Source: an uncultured virus (IMG/VR IMGVR_UViG_3300043777_000372) (lineage: Duplodnaviria > Heunggongvirae > Uroviricota > Caudoviricetes). From it: a DNA stretch of 64,000 bases. How positions within the stretch are numbered: position 1 is the first letter of the stretch; the number at the start of each line of letters is the position of its first letter. The position numbers and the translations under genes are program-made. Below, in pieces: positions 48,971-56,755 of this stretch. The stretch lies in the IMG/VR virus record IMGVR_UViG_3300043777_000372; one strand, 5' to 3'. The notes below the pieces were generated by a model. The model ran no database searches, was not told the DNA's origin, and worked only from the letters and a program-made list of their open reading frames with translations.

Positions 48971-49677
48971 GTGCCGTCGCGCTTGCGCACTTCGTACCTC
49001 GTAGGAGACTTTTCGCCGTGGCCGAACTTCCGCGACCGCCCAAGCCGCCCCCGCCGGCGCCCGAGACGATGCAAGGCATCGGCAACGGCATCCGCGAGAT
49101 TCTCATCAAGGTCGACAAGCTCGGCACGGGGCACAAAGAGCTGACCGACGCGATCGGTCGTGTCGAGTACCAGCAGAACGAGCAGGGCTTCGACATCCGC
49201 GGGATCAAGCGCGACCAGACCGAGATGAAGCAAACACTCGAGGAGCACGGCGACCGGCTCGTCGACCTCGAGCGCAGGCCGACTCCCGTGTCGATGCCCA
49301 TGGTCGTCGCCCAGGCGTCGATTCCCCCGATCGCGAGCCTGGGCCGCGCGTCCAAGAGCGGATCGTTTCCCGCCGACGTCGTCCACGAGGCGTGGGGCGA
49401 GGTGGAAAAGAGCGTCGCAGCGATGAACGGCCAGCTCGCCGACCTGACCGCGAAGATGGCCGTGCTCGAGGAGGAGAAGAAAGAGGCCGAGCGGCAGCGC
49501 GAGCTCGAGAAGGCGCGCGCGAAGGGCGCGGAGGAGGAGCGGGACCTCCAGGCGCAGAAAAACCTCGACGACATCAAGGCGTGGGACCGCCGGCTTCGGT
49601 GGGCGAAGATCGCCGGCGGTGGCTTCTCGGCGATCATGGCGGCGATCGCGGCGCTCTCGCACTTCTTGCACTGGTGA
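48967..49677 (+). CDS. coiled-coil protein with C-terminal TM helix
   Basis: Heptad-rich; C-terminal IAGGGFSAIMAAIAALSHFLHW. Confidence 0.65.
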   Translation: MSAVALAHFVPRRRLFAVAELPRPPKPPPPAPETMQGIGNGIREILIKVDKLGTGHKELTDAIGRVEYQQNEQGFDIRGIKRDQTEMKQTLEEHGDRLVDLERRPTPVSMPMVVAQASIPPIASLGRASKSGSFPADVVHEAWGEVEKSVAAMNGQLADLTAKMAVLEEEKKEAERQRELEKARAKGAEEERDLQAQKNLDDIKAWDRRLRWAKIAGGGFSAIMAAIAALSHFLHW

Positions 49678-49684
49678 TTCGTCC

Positions 49685-49706
49685 GAGGTGAGGTCGACCT
49701 CACTTC
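49685..49706. promoter_or_regulatory. palindrome copy 15 (3 mismatches), then TAGGTT
   Basis: Gap of 5 nt, then TAGGTT; upstream of the portal gene. Confidence 0.8.
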
Positions 49707-49727
49707 GAAGGTAGGTTGCCGGGGAGC

Positions 49728-52145
49728 ATGGCGAGCGCGGTCACCCTGGGCCCTCAATTCGCCGTCGACCCTCACTCGTCGATGGGCAAGGAGCAGCCGA
49801 TGACCTTCGGGTCGGGCTTCTCTGCGCGCACCCTCATCTCGAGCGATCGCTACCAGCTGCTCGCGCGGCGCGAGTCGTACGGGGAGTGCTGCCAGCACCA
49901 GCACAAGCTCGTCGACTTCGACGGCAATCTGCGTCAGCCAGGTTCGCCGACCAGCTATCCGACGTTCGCGAGCTCGCCGGCGCCGTGGTTCGCCCCGCTC
50001 GCGCAACGGTACCCGCGCGCGCAGTACCCGCTCGCCAAGCTCATCAACAGCGCGTTCAGCGCTCTTCTGTTCGGCGAGGAGCGCACGCCGTCGTTCTCGT
50101 TCCCCGGGGACGACGACGCGACCGACTACGCAAACGCGCTCGCCTCGGCGAGTGAGCTCTGGACGAAGTTCCACCAAGCGCGAAACTGGGGCGGCAACTG
50201 CGGCACGGTCGGCATGTCGTGGTGCTTCCACGCGGGCAAGCCGCGGGTCGAGGTTCACCGCGCGAAGCATCTGTTCGCCCACGAGTGGGCCGATCGACAG
50301 GAGCTCATCCCGAAGGCGGTGAGCGAGGTCTACGTCTATCCGTGGCAGGACTGGGACGACCGCAAGAACAAGTTCGTCCGGAACTGGTACTGGTATCACC
50401 GCTATTGGGACGAGACGCAGGACGTCCTGTTCGAGCCCGTGCCCGTGCGCGACGATTCTGGACGCGTCGTCGAGCCCGTGTGGACCCCCGCGGAGCGGGT
50501 CGTTCACAACGACGGCGAGGCGCACTTCGCTTGGATCCAGAACATCCCGAGCGACGACATCGACGGGCTCCCTGACTACGAAGGGCAGACCGACGACTTC
50601 GACGACCTCGACGTCGTGTACTCGGTGCTCACCCGCGGCACGACGCTGAACCTCGACCCCACACTGGTCCTGAAGATGGATCCGGCGATTCTGGCGATGA
50701 GCCGGAGTATCTCGAAGGGATCGGACAACGCGCTCAAGGTCGGCTCCGACGGCGATGCGAAGTACCTCGAGCTCGCCGGCACGTCGGTCACGGCGGGGCT
50801 CGCCCTATTCGAAGCGAAGAAGCGCGCAATCCTTGAGGTCGCTCAGTGCATCCTTGCCGACCCGAACGAGGTTGCGGCCGCCGGCGTGTCCAGCGTCGCG
50901 CTGAAGCTCATCTACGCGCCCATGCTCTCCGCGGGGAACGTGCTGCGCGCGACGTACGGCAAGGCGGCGAAGCGTCTCGTTCTGGCGATGATGCGCGTCG
51001 CGCGGACTCGCGAGGACGAGGAGGTTGTCGTCCTGCCGCCGCGGGTCATCAACGAGCCCGACCCAACGACCGGTGAGAAGACCGAGAAGCTGCAGGATCG
51101 GAATCCGGGAACGAGCGAGGACATCGACGCGAAGTGGCCCCCGTACTTCCAGACGACCCCGGACGACCGGCAGAAGGACATGACGACGCTGAGCGCGGCG
51201 ACGGGCAACAAGCAGGTGCTCTCTGTCCGCACCGCGAACGAGGAAGCGGCCAAGGCGCTCGGCAAGGACCCCGACGACGAGTGGAAACGGCTGCAGAGCG
51301 AGCAGCAGGCGGACCATGAAACGGCCGCCAACGCGTTCGCGGATGCCGACGCAGGCGGGCGTACGACGGAGCTCACGAAGCCTTTGCCGGGCGACGGGGA
51401 GCTCAAGATCTCGAGCACGGGGGAGGACGACAAGCCTGAACCCCCGAAGATGCTCCCGGGCGGCGCCCCCGGTGGGGTCCCTGGCGCGCCCGGAGCTCCA
51501 GGGGGAGTGCCGGGGCAGCCCGGGAAGCCGGGCGTTCCTGGTGGCGCTGGGAAGCCGGGCGCCCCCGGTGTGTTGCCGGCGCTGCCCAAGCTCAAGGGCC
51601 CGAAGCTCCCGCCGGCGGGAGGGAAGAAGGATTCGGGCGGCGACCTCGACTTCGAGGACGTTCCGGTCGTCAAGCAGCGCACGACGTACACGTGCGGCGT
51701 CGCGTGCTTGCGTTCGGCGCTCACGTTCTTCGACTTGCCGACACCCGGCGAAGCCGAGATCGTCGAGTCGATCGGAGTCGACCCGAAGATCGGCGCCGAA
51801 CCGAGTGAGCTCATCGCCGCAGGCGAGGCACTGGGCCTCGAAGCGCAGGTGCTCAAGAAGTCGTCGGTCGAGCAGATCGCCGATGCCAAGGAGCACGGCG
51901 CGTTCATCGTCTTGCTCATCCAGTTCTTCGACGATCCGGCGGAGGATTACGACGAGGGCCACTACGTCGCGTTTCAGGAAGCGAACGACGACGGGGTGTC
52001 CGTCATGGATCCCGCGCGCGGGGAGGCGGGCATGCGCACGCTGTCCGAGGAGGAGTTCGTCGCTCGGTGGCACGGCGTCTGGGAGGACGGGGAGAAGGTG
52101 AACCGTGGCGCGATCGTGTTCCGCAAAGCCAAGGACGCCGAGTAG
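49728..52145 (+). CDS. portal protein fused to a C-terminal C39-like peptidase
   Basis: SPP1-gp6-like region (LAKLINSAFSALLFG, SSVALKLIYAPM, WPPYF), then GP-rich linker, then KQRTTYTCGVACL...GHYV...VMDPA. Confidence 0.8.
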   Translation: MASAVTLGPQFAVDPHSSMGKEQPMTFGSGFSARTLISSDRYQLLARRESYGECCQHQHKLVDFDGNLRQPGSPTSYPTFASSPAPWFAPLAQRYPRAQYPLAKLINSAFSALLFGEERTPSFSFPGDDDATDYANALASASELWTKFHQARNWGGNCGTVGMSWCFHAGKPRVEVHRAKHLFAHEWADRQELIPKAVSEVYVYPWQDWDDRKNKFVRNWYWYHRYWDETQDVLFEPVPVRDDSGRVVEPVWTPAERVVHNDGEAHFAWIQNIPSDDIDGLPDYEGQTDDFDDLDVVYSVLTRGTTLNLDPTLVLKMDPAILAMSRSISKGSDNALKVGSDGDAKYLELAGTSVTAGLALFEAKKRAILEVAQCILADPNEVAAAGVSSVALKLIYAPMLSAGNVLRATYGKAAKRLVLAMMRVARTREDEEVVVLPPRVINEPDPTTGEKTEKLQDRNPGTSEDIDAKWPPYFQTTPDDRQKDMTTLSAATGNKQVLSVRTANEEAAKALGKDPDDEWKRLQSEQQADHETAANAFADADAGGRTTELTKPLPGDGELKISSTGEDDKPEPPKMLPGGAPGGVPGAPGAPGGVPGQPGKPGVPGGAGKPGAPGVLPALPKLKGPKLPPAGGKKDSGGDLDFEDVPVVKQRTTYTCGVACLRSALTFFDLPTPGEAEIVESIGVDPKIGAEPSELIAAGEALGLEAQVLKKSSVEQIADAKEHGAFIVLLIQFFDDPAEDYDEGHYVAFQEANDDGVSVMDPARGEAGMRTLSEEEFVARWHGVWEDGEKVNRGAIVFRKAKDAE

Positions 52146-52320
52146 CGAACAGCACGCCTACCACGTGCTCCACGTGCACGCGGCGAAGCGGTTCCGCGCG
52201 ATCGCGTGGGAGTCCGTCTGCGCGTGCGACCTTTGCGTTGCCGCGGAGAAGCTCCTTCGCAGGGCAGGATTACCGCGCGCGCATCTCGCGAAGTGCCCGG
52301 TGTAGCGGCATCATCGATGG

Positions 52321-52593
52321 GTGATTCCCGAGCCGACGAGAGAGGCCGTCGCGGAAGTGTTCCTCGAGACGCTCCACACCGCGCTCAAGGAATTCGTCGG
52401 GGCGAAGAACACGGAGGAGACCCAAAAGAAGATTCACGGCGCGATCGTGAAAGCGCTTCGCGCGACCTTCGGTGCACCGCGCGCGGTGCCGCAGTACGGG
52501 ACGGGGATGGCTCCTGCGGTTTGGACTCGCGACGAATGCGAGATGGTCGCGCGCACCATCGTCTCTCGGTTTCTCGCGTCGTCGGAAAAGTGA
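52321..52593 (+). CDS. hypothetical protein
   Basis: GTG 6 nt after GCGGCATCAT. Confidence 0.65.
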   Translation: MIPEPTREAVAEVFLETLHTALKEFVGAKNTEETQKKIHGAIVKALRATFGAPRAVPQYGTGMAPAVWTRDECEMVARTIVSRFLASSEK

Positions 52594-52608
52594 GGTCGAC
52601 CTCACTTT
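52587..52608. promoter_or_regulatory. palindrome copy 16 (perfect); stop codon for both convergent genes
   Basis: TGA at 52591-93 (+) and 52604-02 (-). Confidence 0.92.
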
Positions 52609-53609
52609 CCTAGCGGCAACCGAACGGTGCTCATCGGGTGGGGACGCCCGTGGTAGTCCTGCTTGGCTTTCTTGTAGGCGCGCTCGACCTCCCCGTCGCT
52701 CTTGGGACGGAAGCTCGCAGGGATGGGCCACCGGGCCATGTGCGCCACGACGGTCTCCCTGTCGTTGGGCCTGTTCGGCGGAGTCATGAACGACTCGTGG
52801 TCGCCGTCGTAGTTCACGTAGTCGAACGGCTCGTTCATCCTGCGGATCTGCCCGTGGACGTTCACCGAGTCAGGGCCCGTGCGATTGTCGAACGTCGCGA
52901 CGAGGATGCGAAGCATCGGTCCGATGTCGGCTTCGGCGCGTTGCATGGCTTGATGGGAACCGCGGTTGTACGCCCCGTGAAGCTCCGTTCTCGTTAGCCT
53001 CTCGGCCCATGAACGAGGTGCTCCTTGGAGGAACGGCGACTTCTCGACGAGCGCCTCGCGCACCTCGTCGAACGGCTTCTTCGTGACGACGGCGATCGAC
53101 AGCTCCTTTTCGAACTTGCGGGTGACCTCGAAGCCGTAGCGCTGCAGGATCCCCCCTCCGCGACCGTCGGGGTGCTCGACCATCAAGCGGCGGACGACCG
53201 AGGCTTTTGTCCCTGCGATCGCCGCGTCGGTCATCGCCGCTTCGTCGAGAGCGAGCCCCGTCGTGATGCCGGTGAACTTCGCCTCGGCTGCGGTGAGGTA
53301 ATCGGCGACCCCTTCGGATGCGGCGCCCGCGGCGTCGACCGCGGCATCGGCGATCTGCGGTCCCATGCGGCGCACGAGGAGCTTCATCACGTCGCGAATT
53401 TGGCGGATCGTGATCTCCATCTGTTCGCGGGTGAAGGTCCCTTCTCCGAGCGGGCGGAGCCGCTTGTGCCGGGTGATGCGGTACGCGAGATCGTCCTCGG
53501 CATCGCGCAAGAGGCGGTAGAGCGCTCGTCCCGACGCCTTGTCGCTGATCGCGATGGCTTCGGCGCGAGCTCGGCGAAGGACCGCCACCGGATCGGTCGT
53601 TTCGGGCAC
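52602..53609 (-). CDS. Mu gpF/SPP1 gp7-like minor head protein
   Basis: WAERLTRTELHGAYN, DNRT..DS..VHGQ, PPNRPNDR. Confidence 0.85.
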   Translation of the reverse strand: MPETTDPVAVLRRARAEAIAISDKASGRALYRLLRDAEDDLAYRITRHKRLRPLGEGTFTREQMEITIRQIRDVMKLLVRRMGPQIADAAVDAAGAASEGVADYLTAAEAKFTGITTGLALDEAAMTDAAIAGTKASVVRRLMVEHPDGRGGGILQRYGFEVTRKFEKELSIAVVTKKPFDEVREALVEKSPFLQGAPRSWAERLTRTELHGAYNRGSHQAMQRAEADIGPMLRILVATFDNRTGPDSVNVHGQIRRMNEPFDYVNYDGDHESFMTPPNRPNDRETVVAHMARWPIPASFRPKSDGEVERAYKKAKQDYHGRPHPMSTVRLPLGK

Positions 53610-53626
53610 GGGAAGACCCTACGCGG

Positions 53627-53648
53627 AAAGTGAGGTCGACCTCACTTT
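53627..53648. promoter_or_regulatory. palindrome copy 17 (perfect), between divergent promoters
   Basis: Minus strand: gap of 5 nt, TAGGGT, 6 nt, GTG; plus strand: GCGGCATGAT at 53657. Confidence 0.92.
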
Positions 53649-53673
53649 CACAGGGGGCGGCATGATCTTCGGC

Positions 53674-53760
53674 ATTGGAACGGAGAGGACGGGACTGGAA
53701 TGGAACGGACTGGCAGGAAGTGAAAACGCCGTAGGCCTTGCCGGGCCTACGGCGTCGTTT
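53674..53760 (+). ncRNA. putative guide-like RNA A: (GGA-NN)x7, GGCAG, 12-bp hairpin
   Basis: TT GGA AC GGA GA GGA CG GGA CT GGA AT GGA AC GGA CT GGCAG; stem 53726-37/53744-55; starts 7 nt after CATGAT. Confidence 0.7.
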
Positions 53761-53789
53761 GAAACGAAAACCTAAACGGAGAACGAACC

Positions 53790-54569
53790 GTGGATATCAC
53801 GACGCAGAGCAACGGACACGCGACGAAGGGACGACACGAGGGGGTGCTGCAGATCAAAGCGGCGACGAGGACCCCTCAACCCAAGGAGATGGAGATCGAC
53901 GACATCGAGGTCGTCACCATGCATGTGATGATCGTCGGAACGAGCCAGCTCATCGTGAACAACTTCGGGTGGAAGGGCGCCCAGCAGATGGAGGACACGC
54001 GGGCGCTCACGGCTGAGGAAAAACGCGCGCTAAAGAAGGGCGGCAAGCCGGCGATCACCCCAGACGAGATCGAACGGCGCTTTCAGAATGCGCGACTCCT
54101 CGACAGCAAGGGACGCGACTGCGTGCGCGCCGACTGGATCAAGGGCGCTCTCGTGACGGCCGTGAAGTACAAGGAGATCGGGATCCCATCGACGACGCTT
54201 CGCGGCGTCGTCTACGTGAATGGCGACCTTCTCCCGATCGAGTTCAAGCCGCGTCCGGCAAAGGACAGCGACGAAACGATCACCTACTACGGCAAGGGAC
54301 CGGGCATGCGGCGCGACACTGTCCGGGTGAAGAACTCGTTCGGGGCGAAGCAGCCGGACATCCGTTACCGCCCTTGCTACGACGACTGGTCGGTGAAGTT
54401 CGCCCTCTCTTTCGAGCCGAAGCTCATCCCTCAGACGTCGCTGTACCACCTGATCCGCCGTGCGGGGATGAGTGTGGGCCTCTGCGAATGGCGTCCGGAA
54501 GGACCGGGAGGTGGCAAAGGTGGCCAGTTCGGACGCTTCGACATCGCGGTGAAAGGGCTCGACAAGTGA
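53790..54569 (+). CDS. RAMP/Cas7-like RNA-binding protein (Vipr-like)
   Basis: IVGTSQLIVNNF, VRADWIKGALVTA, RYRPCYDDWSVKF, and G-rich loop AGMSVGLCEWRPEGPGGGKGGQFGRF. Confidence 0.75.
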   Translation: MDITTQSNGHATKGRHEGVLQIKAATRTPQPKEMEIDDIEVVTMHVMIVGTSQLIVNNFGWKGAQQMEDTRALTAEEKRALKKGGKPAITPDEIERRFQNARLLDSKGRDCVRADWIKGALVTAVKYKEIGIPSTTLRGVVYVNGDLLPIEFKPRPAKDSDETITYYGKGPGMRRDTVRVKNSFGAKQPDIRYRPCYDDWSVKFALSFEPKLIPQTSLYHLIRRAGMSVGLCEWRPEGPGGGKGGQFGRFDIAVKGLDK

Positions 54570-55075
54570 GCGCCGCGCTTTCACGTTCGGCGCCCGTCTC
54601 GTTTGAATACCTGGGAGGCCCGAAGCTCGCCGATCGGGACGCGCCGATCGTCATCGCGATGTGCGAGCAGATCGTCGAGGACCGAGGACGCCTCGACTCG
54701 AGTGAGCTCTGGGACGAGTTCGTCAAGCGCTCGCGCCCGAAGAACAGTCCGACGCACCATCTGTTCGAATGGGACCCCGCGAAACAGTCGGCGATCTACC
54801 TTCGCGACCGCGCGCGGGACATCATCACCCAGGTTCGCATCGTTTGGGAGGATGCTCCGGATGAGAAGGTGCGAGCGCTGCCCACGGTCATCGTGGAAGG
54901 GAAGCGCGGGCCGTACCCGATGCAACGCGTGCTTACCGATCGCGACATGATGAAGGGGCTCATCGAGCAGGCGAAGCTGGAGGCCGATCAGTGGGCGCGG
55001 CGTTACCAGCAGTTGTGCCATGTGGCGGAGCTGCGCGGGGTCTTCGCTGCGATTCGTCGTATGACGAAGAAGTAG
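54566..55075 (+). CDS. accessory protein coupled to the RAMP-like gene
   Basis: GTGA overlap; GRLD...FVKRSRPKNSPTHHLFEWD...YLRDRARDII. Confidence 0.75.
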   Translation: MSAALSRSAPVSFEYLGGPKLADRDAPIVIAMCEQIVEDRGRLDSSELWDEFVKRSRPKNSPTHHLFEWDPAKQSAIYLRDRARDIITQVRIVWEDAPDEKVRALPTVIVEGKRGPYPMQRVLTDRDMMKGLIEQAKLEADQWARRYQQLCHVAELRGVFAAIRRMTKK

Positions 55076-55207
55076 GATCGGAAAGAACAGGAAGGGAAAG
55101 GAACGGACCGGCAGTAGCGGAAGGGAGCGGCGCTGATCGGATCGGAGGGGAGTGGAGGGGACCGGAAAGGATAGGATCGGCAGTAGCGGAAGGGAGTGGA
55201 GTGGGAG
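55073..55207 (+). repeat. GGA-NN pentamer array, units ending in GGCAG (putative guide RNAs B and C)
   Basis: About 25 pentamers; CGGCAGTAGCGGAAGGGAG occurs twice (55109, 55178). Confidence 0.85.
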
Positions 55208-55237
55208 AAAGGGCGCCAACGGCGCCCTTTCGGTTTT
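55208..55237 (+). terminator. intrinsic terminator closing the array
   Basis: AAAGGGCGCC AAC GGCGCCCTTT CGGTTTT. Confidence 0.8.
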
Positions 55238-55327
55238 GCGCGGGCTTGCGGCGGGCGAACGGTAGGGGGTACCCGTGGAGGCAGAGACGGCAAGGAAAAA
55301 GCCGCCTCGTCACCCCGGAGGCCGACC

Positions 55328-56050
55328 ATGGCGAAGTGGATCCTGCTCAACGAAGTTCTTCTCGGCGCGCAGCCGGGCGGTTCGGTCCAAAAGCTTTTTC
55401 CAGGTGAGACGATCAACGACGCGATGGTCAGCACCGCGCAGATCGTCGCCGGCGGAGGCATCCTATGGCCCGCGACAGACCCCGTCGTTGCCGCGGCCGC
55501 CGCGAGCGCGATGGGCCTCCTGAAGCAGCGCGGGCAGGGCCAGAGCCCGAAGCTGTCGAATGCGCTGCTCGCCGCGGCGCTCTACAGCATCCTCGGCGGG
55601 CAGGACGGCCCTGCACTCGGTCCTGCGTACTCGGGTGGTGTGGGGGGCATCGCGCAGAAGGTATCGCTCGCGCTAGGGTTCGCGCAGTGCACGGCGGCCG
55701 CGCTCACGCAGACGTTCAACATCGGCGCCGCGCTCCCCGCAGACAGCCGCATCGTTTCGGCCAACCTTCGAATCGCGACGGATTTCTCGGGTGGCTCTGT
55801 TGCGAGCGCTACGCTCAGCGTCGGTGTTGCGGGCAGCACGACGGACATTTTCAACGCGGCGAACATCTTCACGGGAGCCACCGTGTTGAACGTGTCGAGC
55901 ACGGATGCCACGGGCGGAGGAGTGAATCCGCAGGCGTACTACGCGGCGTCGTCGCAGCTCGTCGCGACGCTCACCACGACCGTGGCAGACGTCAACGCGC
56001 TCACCGCGGGCGCGCTCGTCGTCGACGTGTTGTACGTGCCGGGTCTCTAG
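55328..56050 (+). CDS. putative virion (head decoration-like) protein
   Basis: GGAGG RBS; MAKWILLNEV N-terminus; beta-sandwich-like C-terminus. Confidence 0.75.
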   Translation: MAKWILLNEVLLGAQPGGSVQKLFPGETINDAMVSTAQIVAGGGILWPATDPVVAAAAASAMGLLKQRGQGQSPKLSNALLAAALYSILGGQDGPALGPAYSGGVGGIAQKVSLALGFAQCTAAALTQTFNIGAALPADSRIVSANLRIATDFSGGSVASATLSVGVAGSTTDIFNAANIFTGATVLNVSSTDATGGGVNPQAYYAASSQLVATLTTTVADVNALTAGALVVDVLYVPGL

Positions 56051-56059
56051 GAGGTCGTC

Positions 56060-56293
56060 GTGGACAAGCCGTTCAAGATCAAGCCGACCCCGTCGCCCGA
56101 ACCGGGACCGAAGCCCATCCCTCCGGGGTACTCGGGTCAGGTCCCGATGGGCGACGACGTTCGAAAAATCACGTCCCCCGACGGACCTCGCAAGGGCTAC
56201 TCGACGGAGAAGGACGGCGCGCGCGTGTTCAAGGAGGAGAAGCCGTGGCCCCCAGCGGCTCCCCCCGCGAACAAGCCATTCAAGGTGCAGTAG
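56060..56293 (+). CDS. small Pro/Lys-rich protein
   Basis: GGAGG RBS; KPFK at both ends. Confidence 0.65.
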   Translation: MDKPFKIKPTPSPEPGPKPIPPGYSGQVPMGDDVRKITSPDGPRKGYSTEKDGARVFKEEKPWPPAAPPANKPFKVQ

Positions 56294-56309
56294 TAACCGC
56301 GTCGTCGTA

Positions 56310-56331
56310 AAAGTGAGGTCGACCTCACTTT
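56310..56331. promoter_or_regulatory. palindrome copy 18 (perfect)
   Basis: Exact 22-mer, intergenic. Confidence 0.9.
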
Positions 56332-56344
56332 CAGGAGACTCCCC

Positions 56345-56746
56345 ATGGCGGACAACGGAAGCAAGAGCGGCGACGGCAAGACCTCCCCCTTCGGACCCGC
56401 GCAGGGCGAAGGTTCCAAGGGCGGTGGCGTGAACCTGATCAAAAACCCTGGCGGCAACCCGCCCCCGGGCAAGGGGCACGACTTCATCACCGAGCCCGAC
56501 GGCAACAACGCGAAGGGGTCGGGCAACGACTTCGTGAAGAACCCAGGAGGCAGCATGGCCGAAGTACCGAAGCAGAAGACGGGCACGTACCGGAACGAGT
56601 CGAGCGTCCCCAAGGGCGGGCCCACTCCGTTCGTGCAGGGCGGCGCCGAGCCGGCTCCCGGGCGCAAGGGCAACAAGGAAGGCTTCAACGCCGGCGGTGG
56701 CCCGTCCGGTCCGATGCACAAGCCGTTCAAGGTCAGCTCGAAGTAA
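56345..56746 (+). CDS. Gly/Pro/Lys-rich disordered protein
   Basis: AGGAG RBS; ends KPFKVSSK. Confidence 0.7.
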   Translation: MADNGSKSGDGKTSPFGPAQGEGSKGGGVNLIKNPGGNPPPGKGHDFITEPDGNNAKGSGNDFVKNPGGSMAEVPKQKTGTYRNESSVPKGGPTPFVQGGAEPAPGRKGNKEGFNAGGGPSGPMHKPFKVSSK

Positions 56747-56755
56747 CGGCGCAAC

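Noticed and set aside
55073..55207. Pentamer array as a canonical CRISPR array or simple microsatellite
   Set aside because: No 25-45 bp repeats with unique spacers; the two variable positions differ in nearly every unit while GGA is fixed, unlike slippage repeats
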